A stretch of DNA of 64,000 bases from Candidatus Poribacteria bacterium. GTDB taxonomy: Bacteria > Poribacteria > WGA-4E > JAJDTR01. Shown here piece after piece: positions 29,775-41,640 of this stretch. Each line of letters opens with the position of its first letter. Position 1 is the first letter of the stretch. Below the pieces are notes generated by a model. That model was not told the origin of the DNA and made no database searches. It saw only the letters and a list, made by a program, of their open reading frames with translations. The translations under genes were made by a program, and so were the position numbers. Where the stretch lies: assembly GCA_965222225.1 (NCBI GenBank), contig CBDCTK010000002.1:160001-224000 (forward strand), written 5' to 3'.

Positions 29775-30158
29775 CTCTTGTCGGGGTTGCATCACCGGGC
29801 AAGGGGTGTTGAACCAACTACTCCAAGCCTTCAACTGTGCAAATGATAACAACACAATAACCTGCCGCAGTTTAGACGAAATCCACCAAAAAGTCAAGCA
29901 GTTTTTAAGGGACATACTTGGTTCTTCTCTGCACACCTTAATTAAACCATCTACCCCGAAAGCAAGATAGCTTGACGGGCAAAATCCGACGATTTCTGTT
30001 TACTAGAAAGTCGAAAATAGGTAAAATTCCCACAGGATTCTTTCCGAAGTGCGTAGGAACTTTCATACGAATTCAATCATCGTCATAATCGCCGATAGAG
30101 ATGTGAGGTCACCATCGCCAATAGTGCAAAGGGACACTGTGAAGGGAGAGTAAAAATT

Positions 30159-31033
30159 ATGGATACTGAATGCCTTGAACATTTACTGACGGAAGAGGAG
30201 CGCGCGACGTTTGGCCGGGACGGATTAATGGTGGTCGAAAATGCACTTCCCGATTCGATGGTGAAAGACCTAAACAAAGCGATGGACCGTGTCGGAGGAG
30301 GGGTGGATTTTATCGGGAAAGACGATTTATTTCTGGAATTGATTGGCCAACGGTGTTTCCAAAGGTATTCGGGATTCTCGGGTGGAACATTCATATTTAT
30401 CACACGGTTGCACTTGCGAGACCCCCGGATACTGAGGAGAAACTTCGCCAGAAAGCGCGTCTTGCGTGGCATCAGGACAGCGACCGGGTAAATACCGACA
30501 TTGCACCGGGACCGACAATGCGAATCTCGTTGAAGGTAGGTTATCTCCTGACGGACCTCACAAAGAAAGGGCACGCCAACCAATTGTTCATTCCCGGAAG
30601 TCATCTCAAGCGAGAGTTGGAATGGCCGGCTAATGGTGTGTCGAATCCTGAAGGGGTTTATACGCTTCAAGCGCCAGCAGGTTCCGCTGTTCTCTTTGAG
30701 CAGCGCGTCTGGCACACAGGAAGCCCAAATCTTTCCAATATAACGCGGAAGACCTTGTATTACGGTTATAGCTACCGGTGGTTTCATCCGCGCGATGAGC
30801 GAACAGTTTCGCATTTCATGGAACGTTCCGACCCCATTCGCAGACAGTTGCTGGGAGCAAAAACCAAATCTCTGGGACTTACGTCGCCTCAGCAGGAGGA
30901 TGTCCCGCTGCGAGCTTGGATGGAGGAACATATGGGCGAAGAAGCAGTTGCCGATAAATACACGCGCTTGGTTGGTGGAACTTCGGTGTCATTTGCGCGA
31001 AACCCGGATGACCATTACGCCGTACGCACATGA
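30159..31033 (+). pseudogene. PhyH-family Fe/2OG dioxygenase, frameshifted
   Basis: N-part (FGRDGLMVVENAL) and C-part (WHQD...WHTG) are in different frames; restoring one ATTG unit near 30345 gives LELIDWPTVFPKV. Confidence 0.8.
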
Positions 31034-31187
31034 TCTAATTCGGTCGCCATTTTCCAGGTGATGAAAGTGTAGAGGATTGAGTAATTGGAATGATGGCGAA
31101 AGGATGCTTAAGGCGTGAGAAGACTAATATGGAAAGGAAGAATGGAAAAGTAAAGTGGAGGCTGGGAACAAACTGAATGCGCCTGAT

Positions 31188-31921
31188 ATGGCTCTGATTT
31201 CGGCGGGTGAGTTTGAGATGGGGGATTGATTCGCCGGCGCCAATGAGAATAGGCGTCCCGTGCACACGGTGTCTCTTGACGCCTTTTACATGGACAAATA
31301 TCCGGTTACCATAAAACGGTACACGGAATTTCTTAATGCGACAGACTACAGAGAACCCGATTGGGACAAAGTTGAGGGATACTTTCCCATAAATGAGCAA
31401 AGTCTGATGATTTGTGTCAGTTGGCACGATGCGATGGCTTATGCAAAGTGGGCGGACAGACGCTTGCCGACGGAGGCAGAATGGGAAAAAGAAGCGCGAG
31501 GCGGCTTAACGGGGGAAAAAAATTCTTCGGACAATTCAATTGATGAAACCAAAGCAAACTATAACAACAACGTCTGGAATGGGAGAGTAAAAGGAGAAGG
31601 GCGGCACGGTACGACGATGTCTGTCGGGAGCTACCCTCCGAACGGTTACGGATTGTACGACATGGCGGGAAACGTGTGGGAGTGGTGTTTAGATGAATAC
31701 GAGGAATAATTCTATCTCGACAGTCCAGAACGAAACCCGGAAGCAGGGGGCAATAGTGTAACCGAGCTAGTGGAGTCTTGCGAGCATGTGCGCACCCTAC
31801 GAGTGTTGCGTGGGGGATCGCGCTCTACAACGATTTCGTGGAACTTGCGGCGCGCTTCTATTTTTACCCGACGTATTCGAACGTGTACACCCGGTTTCGC
31901 TGCGTGAAACCGCTAGAGTAA
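31188..31921 (+). pseudogene. Formylglycine-generating-enzyme (SUMF1) family pseudogene
   Basis: GEFEMG* (stop 31227), RLPTEAEWE, GLYDMAGNVWEW, stop 31707, then RVLRGGS and an out-of-frame FRC. Confidence 0.85.
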
Positions 31922-32055
31922 GTACGGCATATTTTCAAGGCTGACTAGAAGTGGGAACATAAGCTGATCTGCCTGCGACGGCTCAAGCACCGTACGAACC
32001 GCTTCATTTAACGTTTTGAGATTGTTTTCTGGATAGAACCCATTAAGATTGCGCG

Positions 32056-32858
32056 ATGATACCTGAACAACGATATCTGCTGGATACGATGGGATACCTT
32101 CACTTGAAGAATGTTCTCAACTCTGAAGAGTTGGAACGCCTTCAAGATGCAGCGGAACGGCTTGTCAATACGCCACCGGAGGAGCTGCCAGTGGGCGTTT
32201 ATAAGCAGAAAGGTAATCCTGCGATCGATTCTTCACAGGACAAGTATTGACGCGGTGTAACGTTCGATAGAGCCTTTGAGCATCTCACAATGCATCCTGC
32301 CACGTGGCCAATTATCAAGGAGCTAACCGGAAATTAACCCTGCCTCAGCAGAGGCAACTTGATGGTTAATACGCATAAACATGCACCGATGCCGCTCCAC
32401 AATGGCGATGGCGGGCAAATCCTAGCGCTCGATGTCAAACGCAATGGAAAAAACAGTCCACGCGGCTCTGGAAAGCCGGGCACGCTTTTCTGCGAGCTTT
32501 CAATAGTTTTTTTGGCATCTAACGGACGTTTATCCCGGCGATGGAGGCCTACTATTAACACCGGATTCACACAGGAGTGAATTTGAGAGTCCGTATACGA
32601 GGATGTTCGACTCTGAGGAAAATCTGCCTCAGGGAGTGATGAACGTTATGCCGAAAGCCGGGGATGCAGTCGTAATTCCCGAGGTTATCTTGCGCGGATC
32701 TCTAAAATGGAAACCGAGGGACCGAGAGCGTCGGTTTGTGGTATGCCGATATGTACCACAGCATATTCTGGTATGGCACCCTGACACAAGAATTAGTAGA
32801 AAACACATGGCGGACGTACGAGAAGGAAATCACAAAGCGTGATACCATTCGTTTGATT
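32056..32858 (+). pseudogene. PhyH-family dioxygenase pseudogene
   Basis: RYLLDTMGYLHLKNVL, in-frame stops, LHNG, KAGDAVVIPE fragments. Confidence 0.75.
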
Positions 32859-33091
32859 TAGTTGAGTTGTGTGTTGACTTAAGCGGCGCCCAACCTGAAG
32901 GGAGGGCGCAAGCTCTGTTGATTCACGCAAGATTTCGTCCAATTCAAGATTTGCCGTGGTATGTGTTGACTGCTGACGGACATGAACGTGATTGTTCAAA
33001 TCTACTCATCGTTGCAAGCGTGGTCAGCATCTAGCTTGGTTTCAGTTTCAGATAAGGTAATTTAGATAACCCTCAATTTCGGGAGGTAGCA

Positions 33092-33870
33092 ATGGCAGGA
33101 AGAATGGAAGGCAAGGTCGCCATTGTCACTGGCGGCAAAAGTGGTATGGGTTTGGCGACAGTCGAGATGTTTGTGGAGGAGGGTGCCCGCGTGATGATTG
33201 CGGCAGCGGTGAAGAACGTGGACAAGCGGCTGTTGACAGGCTTCGTGAAAACGCCGCCTTCATACAAACTGATGTGACTTCCGAAGACGACGTCAAGGAC
33301 ATGATTGAGGCGACTGTGGATCGGTGCGGACGTGTAGATGGTCTCTTCAGTGACGCCGCCGCCGGGCGCCCAGCCGCCAAAGTCGAGGACTATGATACAA
33401 CTGACTTTCAGTCGCGGATGATGAATATTCTCGGATTCGTGTTTCTTGGTATGAAGCACGTTGTCCCCGTCATGAAGAAGCAGAGCGGTGGAAACATCAT
33501 CAACAATGGCAGCACCGCGGCGGTCAACGTTGATGGCTGCAGCTCCGCGATTTACAGCGCGGCTAAAGCGGGCGTCATTCATGCAACCAAATTTTGGGCA
33601 CTCGAACTGGCGGAATTCAGTATCCGGGTGAATTGCATTTCGCCCGGCGCTATCATGACCCCGATAATGGTCGGTGGATATCACCGTTACGAACCGGCGA
33701 GCTCGATCGCCTTTTGGGGCGAGTGGAGTCACACTTTGCGTAAGTTTTTCCCCTGAGACGAGCTGGTAGGCCAAAAGACATTGCGTATGCCGCGGTATAC
33801 TTAGCTAGTAATGAAAGCCTGTACACCACCAGACACAATTTGGTATTGAATCGGGCAATACGCTCGGAAG
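33092..33870 (+). pseudogene. Short-chain dehydrogenase pseudogene
   Basis: TGGKSGMG, YSAAK, IRVNCISPG and RAGRPKDIAYAAVYLAS split over frames; 3' end approximate. Confidence 0.85.
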
Positions 33871-34048
33871 AAGCCAAGCTGAACAGGACTTGCACAGCGC
33901 TAGAAGGAAGAAGGCGGTCTTTGGCTCGGACTAACGACCATATTAAACCCACGTCTGCCGAGATTTCTTGTCGTTCAATTGCTAGTGGATGAGTGTTAAT
34001 AGCAGACGTCGCAGCACAGCAACTTTGCTAACAGCATTGGAGAAGTCA

Positions 34049-35416
34049 ATGAGTTCATCGAAACCGAACATTATCTTGGTCAACTGTGACGACCTTGGCT
34101 ATGGCGATTTAGGTTGTTATGGATCAACTGTGAACCATACTCCGACACTCGATCGCATGGCGCAAGAGGGAGTAAGATTTACCGACTTTTACATGGCATC
34201 GCCTGTGTGTTCTCCTTCACGTGGCGCCATGATGACGGGGTGCTACCCCAAGCGAATCGGTTTTGGGGACTTTGAAGGGCAAATCGTGCTTTTTCCCGGT
34301 CAGGGGATAGGCTTGAATGCGAACGAGATTACCGTTGCTGAGATACTCAAGGAGCAGGGGTATGCGACGATGCTAGTGGGAAAATGGCACTGTGGCGATC
34401 AGCCCGAATTCATGCCGACGCGCCACGGGTTCGATCACTACTACGGCATTCCTTACAGTAACGACATGGGCAGACAGCCGGGCCGCGAGAATCGGTTCCC
34501 TCCATTGCCGTTATTATGTGACGAAGAGGTAATCCAAGAGCAACCCGACCAAGCGGCACTCACCGAACGTTATGTGGAACAGGCGGTGCGTTTCATCCGA
34601 AACAATCGCGAACAGCCGTTTTTTCTGTACTTTGCCCACATGTATGTCCATCTGCCTATCTACCCTCCCGAGGCGTTCCTGAAACAATCGGAGAATGGAC
34701 GATATGGCGGTGCGGTCGAGCACATTGACTGGTCAATGGCAGTGATACTGAATGAACTTCAGCGGTTGGGGTTGGACGACGACACCTTGGTTGTTTTCAC
34801 CTCAGATAACGGTGCGAGAGGCGACAATGGCGGCAGCAACGCTCCTTTGCGCGGCCGCAAAGGCACAACATGGGAAGGGGGACAGCGGGTGCCCTGTCTG
34901 ATGCGCTTTCCCGGGAGTATTCCCGCGGGAATTGTCAACAGCGAGATTGCGACTGCAATGGACTTTCTGCCGACCTTTGCGGGATTGGCGGGGGCGAATG
35001 TACCTTTTGATCGAGCGATTGATGGTAAAGATATTCGCCCACTTATGTTCGGGGCGAGCGGTACAGTTTCTCCGCATCGCGCGTTCTTCTACTATTCCGG
35101 GGAAAATATTGAAGCTGTGCGTTCAGGGAAATGGAAACTCCACATCCGCAAGAGGAACGCGGAGATACGTGAGTTGTATGACCTAGAAGCGGACATCGGC
35201 GAGACGCACAATCTATATGACCGGCACCCGGACGTGGTAAAAGCATTGGAAGCCGAGATTCAAGCCTGTCGGGAGGATATTGGGGATAAAGCAGTTGAAA
35301 CAGAAGGTGCCAACTGTCGTCCGATTGGCGTGGTCGAGAATCCGGAACCCCTAACCACGTACGATCCCAACCATCCTTATATCATCGCCATGTACGACCT
35401 AGAGGATGCCGGTTAG
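34049..35416 (+). CDS. Arylsulfatase (Cys-type, S1 family)
   Basis: DDLGYGD, CSPSR, GKWH and SDNG motifs; start reassigned to ATG 34049. Confidence 0.93.
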   Translation: MSSSKPNIILVNCDDLGYGDLGCYGSTVNHTPTLDRMAQEGVRFTDFYMASPVCSPSRGAMMTGCYPKRIGFGDFEGQIVLFPGQGIGLNANEITVAEILKEQGYATMLVGKWHCGDQPEFMPTRHGFDHYYGIPYSNDMGRQPGRENRFPPLPLLCDEEVIQEQPDQAALTERYVEQAVRFIRNNREQPFFLYFAHMYVHLPIYPPEAFLKQSENGRYGGAVEHIDWSMAVILNELQRLGLDDDTLVVFTSDNGARGDNGGSNAPLRGRKGTTWEGGQRVPCLMRFPGSIPAGIVNSEIATAMDFLPTFAGLAGANVPFDRAIDGKDIRPLMFGASGTVSPHRAFFYYSGENIEAVRSGKWKLHIRKRNAEIRELYDLEADIGETHNLYDRHPDVVKALEAEIQACREDIGDKAVETEGANCRPIGVVENPEPLTTYDPNHPYIIAMYDLEDAG

Positions 35417-36255
35417 AGACAGTCATTGGTCCGACTAAGAGGGGCCTGGCTATTGGTCGTTGGGGCGAAACAATCAGTCGTCGTTCCGGTGTCAGGCGTT
35501 CGAGGAGTTCCGGCGATGGTTGGTAACCGTACCGAAAATTTCCCCAAGACGGTCTGTAGCGGTACACTATCATGCGCCGATTACGCGGATTCACGCGCTT
35601 GGCGACGCCGTGCGCTGTCCAGTCCACAAACAGTAGAGCATCCCCTGCCAGCAAGAATACTTCAATGGCACCTTCGATATTCTCCACTGATGCACCATAT
35701 GGAACCGGGTTATCATTGAAGTACGGGTGTGGAAAGTTAGACTTGTGGCTGCGGGGATAACCATTGTAGGTCCATCACCGGTACCGATGTCCGTTAACGC
35801 CACGAGGAGGTTGATCTGACCACACATGAATTTCCCGTTGCGAAACGCAAACGCGCCACGTTAGCCTCTTGACTGGAGTGAAGCCCGATAACCTCTCCGG
35901 GTTCTCGAAAGTTGACATGGTTTTCATCAATAAAGAGGGAGCCATGGTTGTAATCGAACGTTCCTTCACCGCCGCCGAAGCGCTTAATCTTATCAATCCA
36001 TGACGGATGATAGATTAGCTTCTCAAACGGCTCACCCGCCTCGTAAATCTGTTGGTAGTTCACACCGGAAGTTTTGTCGCCATATTGATGCCCGTGGATA
36101 TAGCCATACCACTCTCCCGGTTTCAGCGGCGGGATCGTACCCAAACAGTCGTTGAGATCCTTCACTTCAGCCCTTGTCAATGCGCCTTCCAGATGCAGAA
36201 ATCCTTGTAAATCAAAGAAGTAATCGTCCCTATCAACTACCATATTTTCCTCCAT
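35382..36255 (-). pseudogene. PhyH-family dioxygenase, frameshifted twice
   Basis: Three minus-strand fragments: YFFDLQGFLHLEGAL / CGQINLLVALTDIG..GPTMVIP / AGDALLF...HG. Confidence 0.8.
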
Positions 36256-36351
36256 CCATATTGGGCTTGCACGCTCCTGCTTGAAGTAGCAATCTTCCTA
36301 ATTGTTTCAGGGTTTTGACTTTGATGCTCAAGCTCAATTGTGTGGCCTGTT

Positions 36352-38166
36352 TTAAGCCTTTTTCCCCCGCTCACTCAAGTGTTTCCGGATATTTGCTGCT
36401 ATTGCATGAGTGATTCCTTTTACGCACAGTAATTGGTCCAGGCTTGCGCCACGGATGTTTTCAATAGAGCCGAAATGCTGAAGTAACGCCTGTTTGCGTT
36501 TGGTACCAACGTTGGGAATTTCGTCTAGCACTGAGTGGCTTAGAGCCCGACTGCGCAATTTGCGATGATAGGTAAGGGCGAAGCGATGTGCCTCATCGCG
36601 CAGACGCTGGATTAGATGAAGAGTTGGATTGTCATGACGGAGCACAATCGGATCAGACTGTTCGGGCAAAAAGATGTGCTCAAATCGTTTGGCGAGCCCG
36701 ATAATTGGAAGATGGCTAAGGTTGAGAGTTTCTAGAGCTTCACAAGCAGCGCTTAGTTGTCCCTTGCCACCATCGATCAGAATCAGATCGGGCAAAGCGT
36801 TTTCTTCAATAGCGCGGCGCATCCGCCGACTTAACACCTCATTCATCATCGCAAAGTCGTCCTGACCTTGTACCGTGCGAATCTTAAAACGTCGATACTC
36901 CGATTTAGCGGGTTCGCCATCCTCTAGCACCACCATTGAGCCGACAGCAAACTGATTTCCGAGGTTGGAAATGTCAAGTCCTTCAATTCGTTGAGGTGGG
37001 CGAGAAAGATCCAACAATTCCTGTAGTTCAAGTAGTGCAGGGTTGTCCCCGGCTTTGTAAACGACGTGCGTTTCCTTTTGACTGAGGATGAGTTCAGCAT
37101 TCTTCGATGCCATCTCCACTAACCGTCGCATTCGCCCTTTCTGTGGGACATGCAAGTTTGTGCCTCTGCCACGCTTCTCGGTCAGCCATTTTTGAATTGC
37201 CTCCGGCATGTCGGTCTCATTGGGCAAAACAATTGTACTGGGGATAAACGAGGCATTTTGATAGTATTGTTGGACAAAAGCTGTCAAAGATTGAACTGGC
37301 GATTCTGAATCGACATCGTTCAGAAAGTAGTGTTCCCTATCTATCAACTTTCCGTCACGCACCATCAACACTTGGGCGCACGCTTCCGTGCCGTTGTAGG
37401 CAATTCCAATTATATCTTCATCTGCTGCGGAAACGGTATCAAGATTTTGCCTAGCGACTGCTTGGTTGACCATTTCGATCCAGTCCCGGTACTTGGCAGC
37501 TCTCTCAAAATCTAATGCAGCGGCGGCTGTTTCCATTTTCTCTTTCAGTTCCTGGATGACTTGCCGCGTGTTGCCGCCCAGAAACCGGCAAACGTTTTGA
37601 ACGATTTCATCATATTCGGCTGTATTGATCAGGTCGGCACAGGGACCGGGACAGCGATTGATGTGAAAGTCCAAACAGACTCGATAGGGATTTTCTGACG
37701 CTTTCAAGTCTAGACCGCATGTGCGGATGGGGAAAACTTTCGTGAGTTGCTTAATCGTCTGGCGAATCGCCCGTACGTGCACAAATGGTCCGAAGAATTT
37801 GGCGCCGGAGTTGTCGGTTTGGCGCGTAACGCTCAGCCTTGGAAAAGGCTCTTGAACGGAGACTTTCAGGTAAGGGTAACGTTTGTCGTCCTTCAGCTTG
37901 ACGTTGTAGCGCGGTTGATGTTCCTTGATAAGATTATTCTCAAGAATGAGAGCTTCGACACTATTTGCGGTAACCACATAGTCTACGTCATTGACGTAGC
38001 GCATCATTGGCTTCGGCATGAAATGCGGCTGAGCTGAAGACTGAAAATAAGAAGCCACGCGATGGCGTAGTGACGATGCTTTGCCAACGTAGAGGACTTC
38101 CCCCTGCACATTCTTCATCAAGTAGACGCCGGGATTCGAAGGGAGATTTTTGAAAGGATTAGCCAT
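36352..38166 (-). CDS. uvrC: Excinuclease ABC subunit C
   Basis: GIY-YIG (PGVYLM..YVGKA), DDKRYPY, IDGGKGQ, RDEAHRFA and HhH motifs. Confidence 0.97.
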   Translation of the reverse strand: MANPFKNLPSNPGVYLMKNVQGEVLYVGKASSLRHRVASYFQSSAQPHFMPKPMMRYVNDVDYVVTANSVEALILENNLIKEHQPRYNVKLKDDKRYPYLKVSVQEPFPRLSVTRQTDNSGAKFFGPFVHVRAIRQTIKQLTKVFPIRTCGLDLKASENPYRVCLDFHINRCPGPCADLINTAEYDEIVQNVCRFLGGNTRQVIQELKEKMETAAAALDFERAAKYRDWIEMVNQAVARQNLDTVSAADEDIIGIAYNGTEACAQVLMVRDGKLIDREHYFLNDVDSESPVQSLTAFVQQYYQNASFIPSTIVLPNETDMPEAIQKWLTEKRGRGTNLHVPQKGRMRRLVEMASKNAELILSQKETHVVYKAGDNPALLELQELLDLSRPPQRIEGLDISNLGNQFAVGSMVVLEDGEPAKSEYRRFKIRTVQGQDDFAMMNEVLSRRMRRAIEENALPDLILIDGGKGQLSAACEALETLNLSHLPIIGLAKRFEHIFLPEQSDPIVLRHDNPTLHLIQRLRDEAHRFALTYHRKLRSRALSHSVLDEIPNVGTKRKQALLQHFGSIENIRGASLDQLLCVKGITHAIAANIRKHLSERGKKA

Positions 38167-38325
38167 TTGGAGGTTTATCTGCCGTATTAAAATCTTCTGT
38201 CGGACGCGATGTTAAATAACATAAATCAGCGATCGATACGCCAATGCGTACAAACACGCTTTCTAGACGTTCCTGAGGTTGAGGTATAGTGGTTGATCAG
38301 AAATCTAATTCTTGGGATTAATGTC

Positions 38326-39039
38326 TTATGCGTCAGGTTTCTCAAATACTGCACGGTAAATCTTCCGCCCTTCTGTCAGATACTTCATCTCAAAATTCGT
38401 TTGAATGTGTTCTGCCGGAACCAACGCTGAGGTTGTCTCAACAAGACACGTTGATTGGCCAATCCTGTATCGGATTTCGTCGAAATACTCGTCGTAATCC
38501 GTCATAACGTAGAGGCGGCCACCGCTTGGATACAAAGTGCGTTCAACCCCTCGCAGCCATGTCTCATTTCTGAAGAGTCGGCGCTTGTGCTGGCGCTTTT
38601 TTGGCCATGGATCGGGGAAGTAAACATGATACGCTTGTACACACTTCTCAGCGACATAACAATCGACAAACCGCGCAGCGTCACTCCAAGCCAATCGCAC
38701 ATTCGGAAAGAGGGAGACATCCAATCTGCCAGTGCGGTGACCGGTATGTTTGATATGCTTTTGAAATCGCTGCTGTGTCCGTCTAACATACTTCGGCGCC
38801 CGCTCTATACCCAAATAGTTGATTTCCGGGTGCTGCCTTGCGATTTCAAGCAGAAAACGCCCTTTGCCACAGCCAATCTCAATCTCAACCGGGTCTTCAT
38901 TTCCAAAGATTGCTGTCCAGCAGATTGGAGCGCGAATGTCATCCAAGCTAGTTTGTGTTCCGCTATCAAGGTCAATAATGCAGGAATTGAACTGTGTGAA
39001 CTTGTAGAAGGTTTCGTCGTAACGAGGCTCTTCGTTCAT
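38326..39039 (-). CDS. trmB: tRNA (guanine-N7)-methyltransferase
   Basis: EIGCGKG, FPDPWPKKRQHKRR and TNFE motifs. Confidence 0.93.
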   Translation of the reverse strand: MNEEPRYDETFYKFTQFNSCIIDLDSGTQTSLDDIRAPICWTAIFGNEDPVEIEIGCGKGRFLLEIARQHPEINYLGIERAPKYVRRTQQRFQKHIKHTGHRTGRLDVSLFPNVRLAWSDAARFVDCYVAEKCVQAYHVYFPDPWPKKRQHKRRLFRNETWLRGVERTLYPSGGRLYVMTDYDEYFDEIRYRIGQSTCLVETTSALVPAEHIQTNFEMKYLTEGRKIYRAVFEKPDA

Positions 39040-39438
39040 TTTTTTCGTTCAAGGGAAACAAGACGAGATTCGGAGTTTACCCGTGTATGTTCCTGCACTG
39101 TTTAGGTCTTTGAGACTGTTATGTTACAGCGTCAGTTTTCTGCCTCTGTCATACGCTGCGCACTGTCTTGACGCACGGTAACCGCGTTTATCATAGCTTC
39201 TGCTGGACACGGGAGATCTGGGTGGCCGGGTCATCACAAATATAGCATAGCGCCCTCCGAAATTCAACACAAAGCAAATCTCATGCCGGGGGAAACGCAT
39301 CATGGATCAAGAATGTACTATCTTCGATTTGATAATTGAAGATAGGATTACGCAAATGGCGCGGATGGGGGATTGCGCGTATGCAAAGACGAAAGGGAAA
39401 TCGAAGGAACGGAATCGTAGATTTGATGATTGAAGAGA

Positions 39439-39472
39439 GTCTCTATCGCGGTCTCTATCCACTTCCTTAATC
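39439..39472 (+). repeat. Dispersed intergenic repeat, copy 4 (degenerate)
   Basis: GTCTCTATCGCGGTCTCTATCCACTTCCTTAATC. Confidence 0.5.
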
Positions 39473-39511
39473 TTGTACAATCAGGTACGATTGCCGTGGT
39501 TTCAAAATCGC

Positions 39512-39540
39512 TTTACAAGGGGCTCAGATCGGTGTATAAT
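39512..39540 (+). promoter_or_regulatory. Sigma70 promoter for CRTAC1-like gene 1
   Basis: TTTACA-N17-TATAAT. Confidence 0.6.
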
Positions 39541-39588
39541 CCGAATCTTGACACACGTTCGCCAGAAATCTCGGATCGGCCTTCTTTT

Positions 39589-41355
39589 ATGTTCGGGCAA
39601 GTTGAAAACTCTCTGAAAATAGTAGTCATTAGTTTCTTTTGTCTACTTACCGTCGTCCCTTTTGTAACCGCAGCTACTACAGACCGAGGTGCGCCTCTGT
39701 TTACCGAAATTACGTCGGCGGTTGGGATTGAGGATACTTCCGAGCGGTGGCCTTCCGATGGCACCTATACCTTGCCGGAGATTATGGGAGGCGGGGTTGC
39801 ACTGTTTGACTACGACAATGATGACGACCTTGACCTTCTTCAAATCCGATCTCTCCTTTTCCGGGGATCAACCGTTGAGACGGAGCGACGTACTACGGAA
39901 ATCTTTAGCGGACACCAAACAGGGCTTTTCTGGACACACTTTCGCCTCTTTCAACAGCAGCCGGACGGTTCGTTCTCCGAAGTTACGGGTGCCGCGGGCT
40001 TAAGCGATGCAGGATATGGACAGGGGATAGCTGTTGGAGACACCGACAATGATGGAGATTTAGACTTGTATGTTACCAATTATGGTGCTGATGTCTTCTA
40101 TCGAAACAACGGTGATGGAACTTTCGTCAATGTAACGGAGGCTTCCGGATTCTCGGGGGGAGGTTGGAGCACGTCCGCGGCGTTTTTGGACTACGATGCG
40201 GATAGCTATCTCGATCTTTACGTGGCTCGCTATCTTCGTTTTGATCCCGCCGTGTCCTGCCAAAGGCTAAGTGACGCACGTGACTATTGCGGCCCTCAGA
40301 GTTTTGATGGCATACCGGACTCACTCTACCGGAATAACGGGGACGGCACTTTTAGCGATGTAACCACCGAAGTCGGAATCATCTCGTCCGACAAAGGGCT
40401 GGGCGTTGTATGTGCCGATTTCACCTCGGATGGTTGGGTAGACCTATATGTCGCCAACGACGGAGAGGCAAATCGACTCTGGGTCAACTCGGGTTCGGGC
40501 ACTTTCTACGATGAAGCAATTATGCGCGGCTTAGCCTTCAATACTCACGGTAAGGCGGAAGCTAGTATGGGGGTCACTGTTGGAGACGCGGATCGCGATG
40601 GCAAACTTGACCTGTTTATGACGCATTTTAGTCGAGAGACCAACACTCTCTACACGGCCTCGAGCTATGGAATATTCACAGATGCGACCGATAGCTCCGG
40701 TTTCGCGGGAATCGACCTGCCGTTTACCGGGTTTGGGTGCGGCTTTTTCGATTTCGATCACGACGCCGATCTTGATATCGCCCTCGTGAACGGACGGGTT
40801 ATGCGCGGTCCCGACCTACCGGGAGCTAGCATCGGCAAGTTCTGGAATCCCTACGCGGAACCCAACCTGTTATTCGAGAATAATGGGCATGGGCAGTTTA
40901 CCGATATGGGCGCACGCGGCGGTAAATTCACTTCCCAAGTTGAGATTAGTCGTGGACTGGCTTTTGGCGATATTGACCGTGATGGGGACCTTGATTTCGT
41001 CGTTGGAAACATCTGGGGAGCGCCGCGGGTATTCAGAAATGATGCGCCTGCACTCGGCACGCATTGGCTGTCAATCCGAGCCATGACTGGCAAGCGAGAC
41101 GCTATTGGCGCGCAGGTGACGGTTGTGGCAGAGGGTGCCAAGTTCGTCGGGCTTGTACTGCCAGCATACAGCTATCTAAGTAGCAGTGATTTCAAAGCCC
41201 ATTTTGGATTGGGAAAGATTGAGGATATTGAGGCGATTGAAGTCGTGTGGCCCGATGGGAGTCAAGAACGGTTCATTATACCCCGCGTTGACCGGATAGT
41301 AACGGTTCGGCAAGGTGAAGGAGAGTCCTTAGGAAGTTTGACTTTATCTAAGTAA
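39589..41355 (+). CDS. CRTAC1/ASPIC-UnbV family protein (FG-GAP repeats)
   Basis: Repeated DxDxDGxxDL motifs; C-terminal DAIGA.V...HFGLG...WPDG. Start moved downstream of the promoter. Confidence 0.9.
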   Translation: MFGQVENSLKIVVISFFCLLTVVPFVTAATTDRGAPLFTEITSAVGIEDTSERWPSDGTYTLPEIMGGGVALFDYDNDDDLDLLQIRSLLFRGSTVETERRTTEIFSGHQTGLFWTHFRLFQQQPDGSFSEVTGAAGLSDAGYGQGIAVGDTDNDGDLDLYVTNYGADVFYRNNGDGTFVNVTEASGFSGGGWSTSAAFLDYDADSYLDLYVARYLRFDPAVSCQRLSDARDYCGPQSFDGIPDSLYRNNGDGTFSDVTTEVGIISSDKGLGVVCADFTSDGWVDLYVANDGEANRLWVNSGSGTFYDEAIMRGLAFNTHGKAEASMGVTVGDADRDGKLDLFMTHFSRETNTLYTASSYGIFTDATDSSGFAGIDLPFTGFGCGFFDFDHDADLDIALVNGRVMRGPDLPGASIGKFWNPYAEPNLLFENNGHGQFTDMGARGGKFTSQVEISRGLAFGDIDRDGDLDFVVGNIWGAPRVFRNDAPALGTHWLSIRAMTGKRDAIGAQVTVVAEGAKFVGLVLPAYSYLSSSDFKAHFGLGKIEDIEAIEVVWPDGSQERFIIPRVDRIVTVRQGEGESLGSLTLSK

Positions 41356-41395
41356 ATGACTGGACAGGATTAGAAGAATTGCTATATACCTTGAA

Positions 41396-41495
41396 AATCT
41401 CTATCGCATTGCGATTTCCATGGGAACTCTATCAAGATCTTCTATCGCCTTCGTTAACCACTCAGTTGATTGGTCGCTGTTGGCTCACTTGATCG
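41396..41495 (+). repeat. Dispersed intergenic repeat, copy 5
   Basis: ATCTCTATCGC, TTCTATCGC, CACTCAGTTGAT and GCTCACTTGATC subunits. Confidence 0.55.
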
Positions 41496-41640
41496 TTGTT
41501 TACTCCACTTAAGCGTAGTGGGCGCGAAAATCAGGGATTTGGCCATCCCCTATCGCACCGTACGAAAAATAGTGGGTAGTGCACACCCTACATATATTCA
41601 AAGTCGAACTTAGGCTACGAATACGAGGTGGAAAACACAA

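Noticed and set aside
29830-29880. tmRNA-tag-like stretch (GCA AAT GAT AAC AAC, ANDNN)
   Set aside because: No tRNA-like ends (GGGG...TTCGAC 5' end, TTCGA.TCCC...CCA 3' end), and the frame does not stop after an Ala-rich tag.
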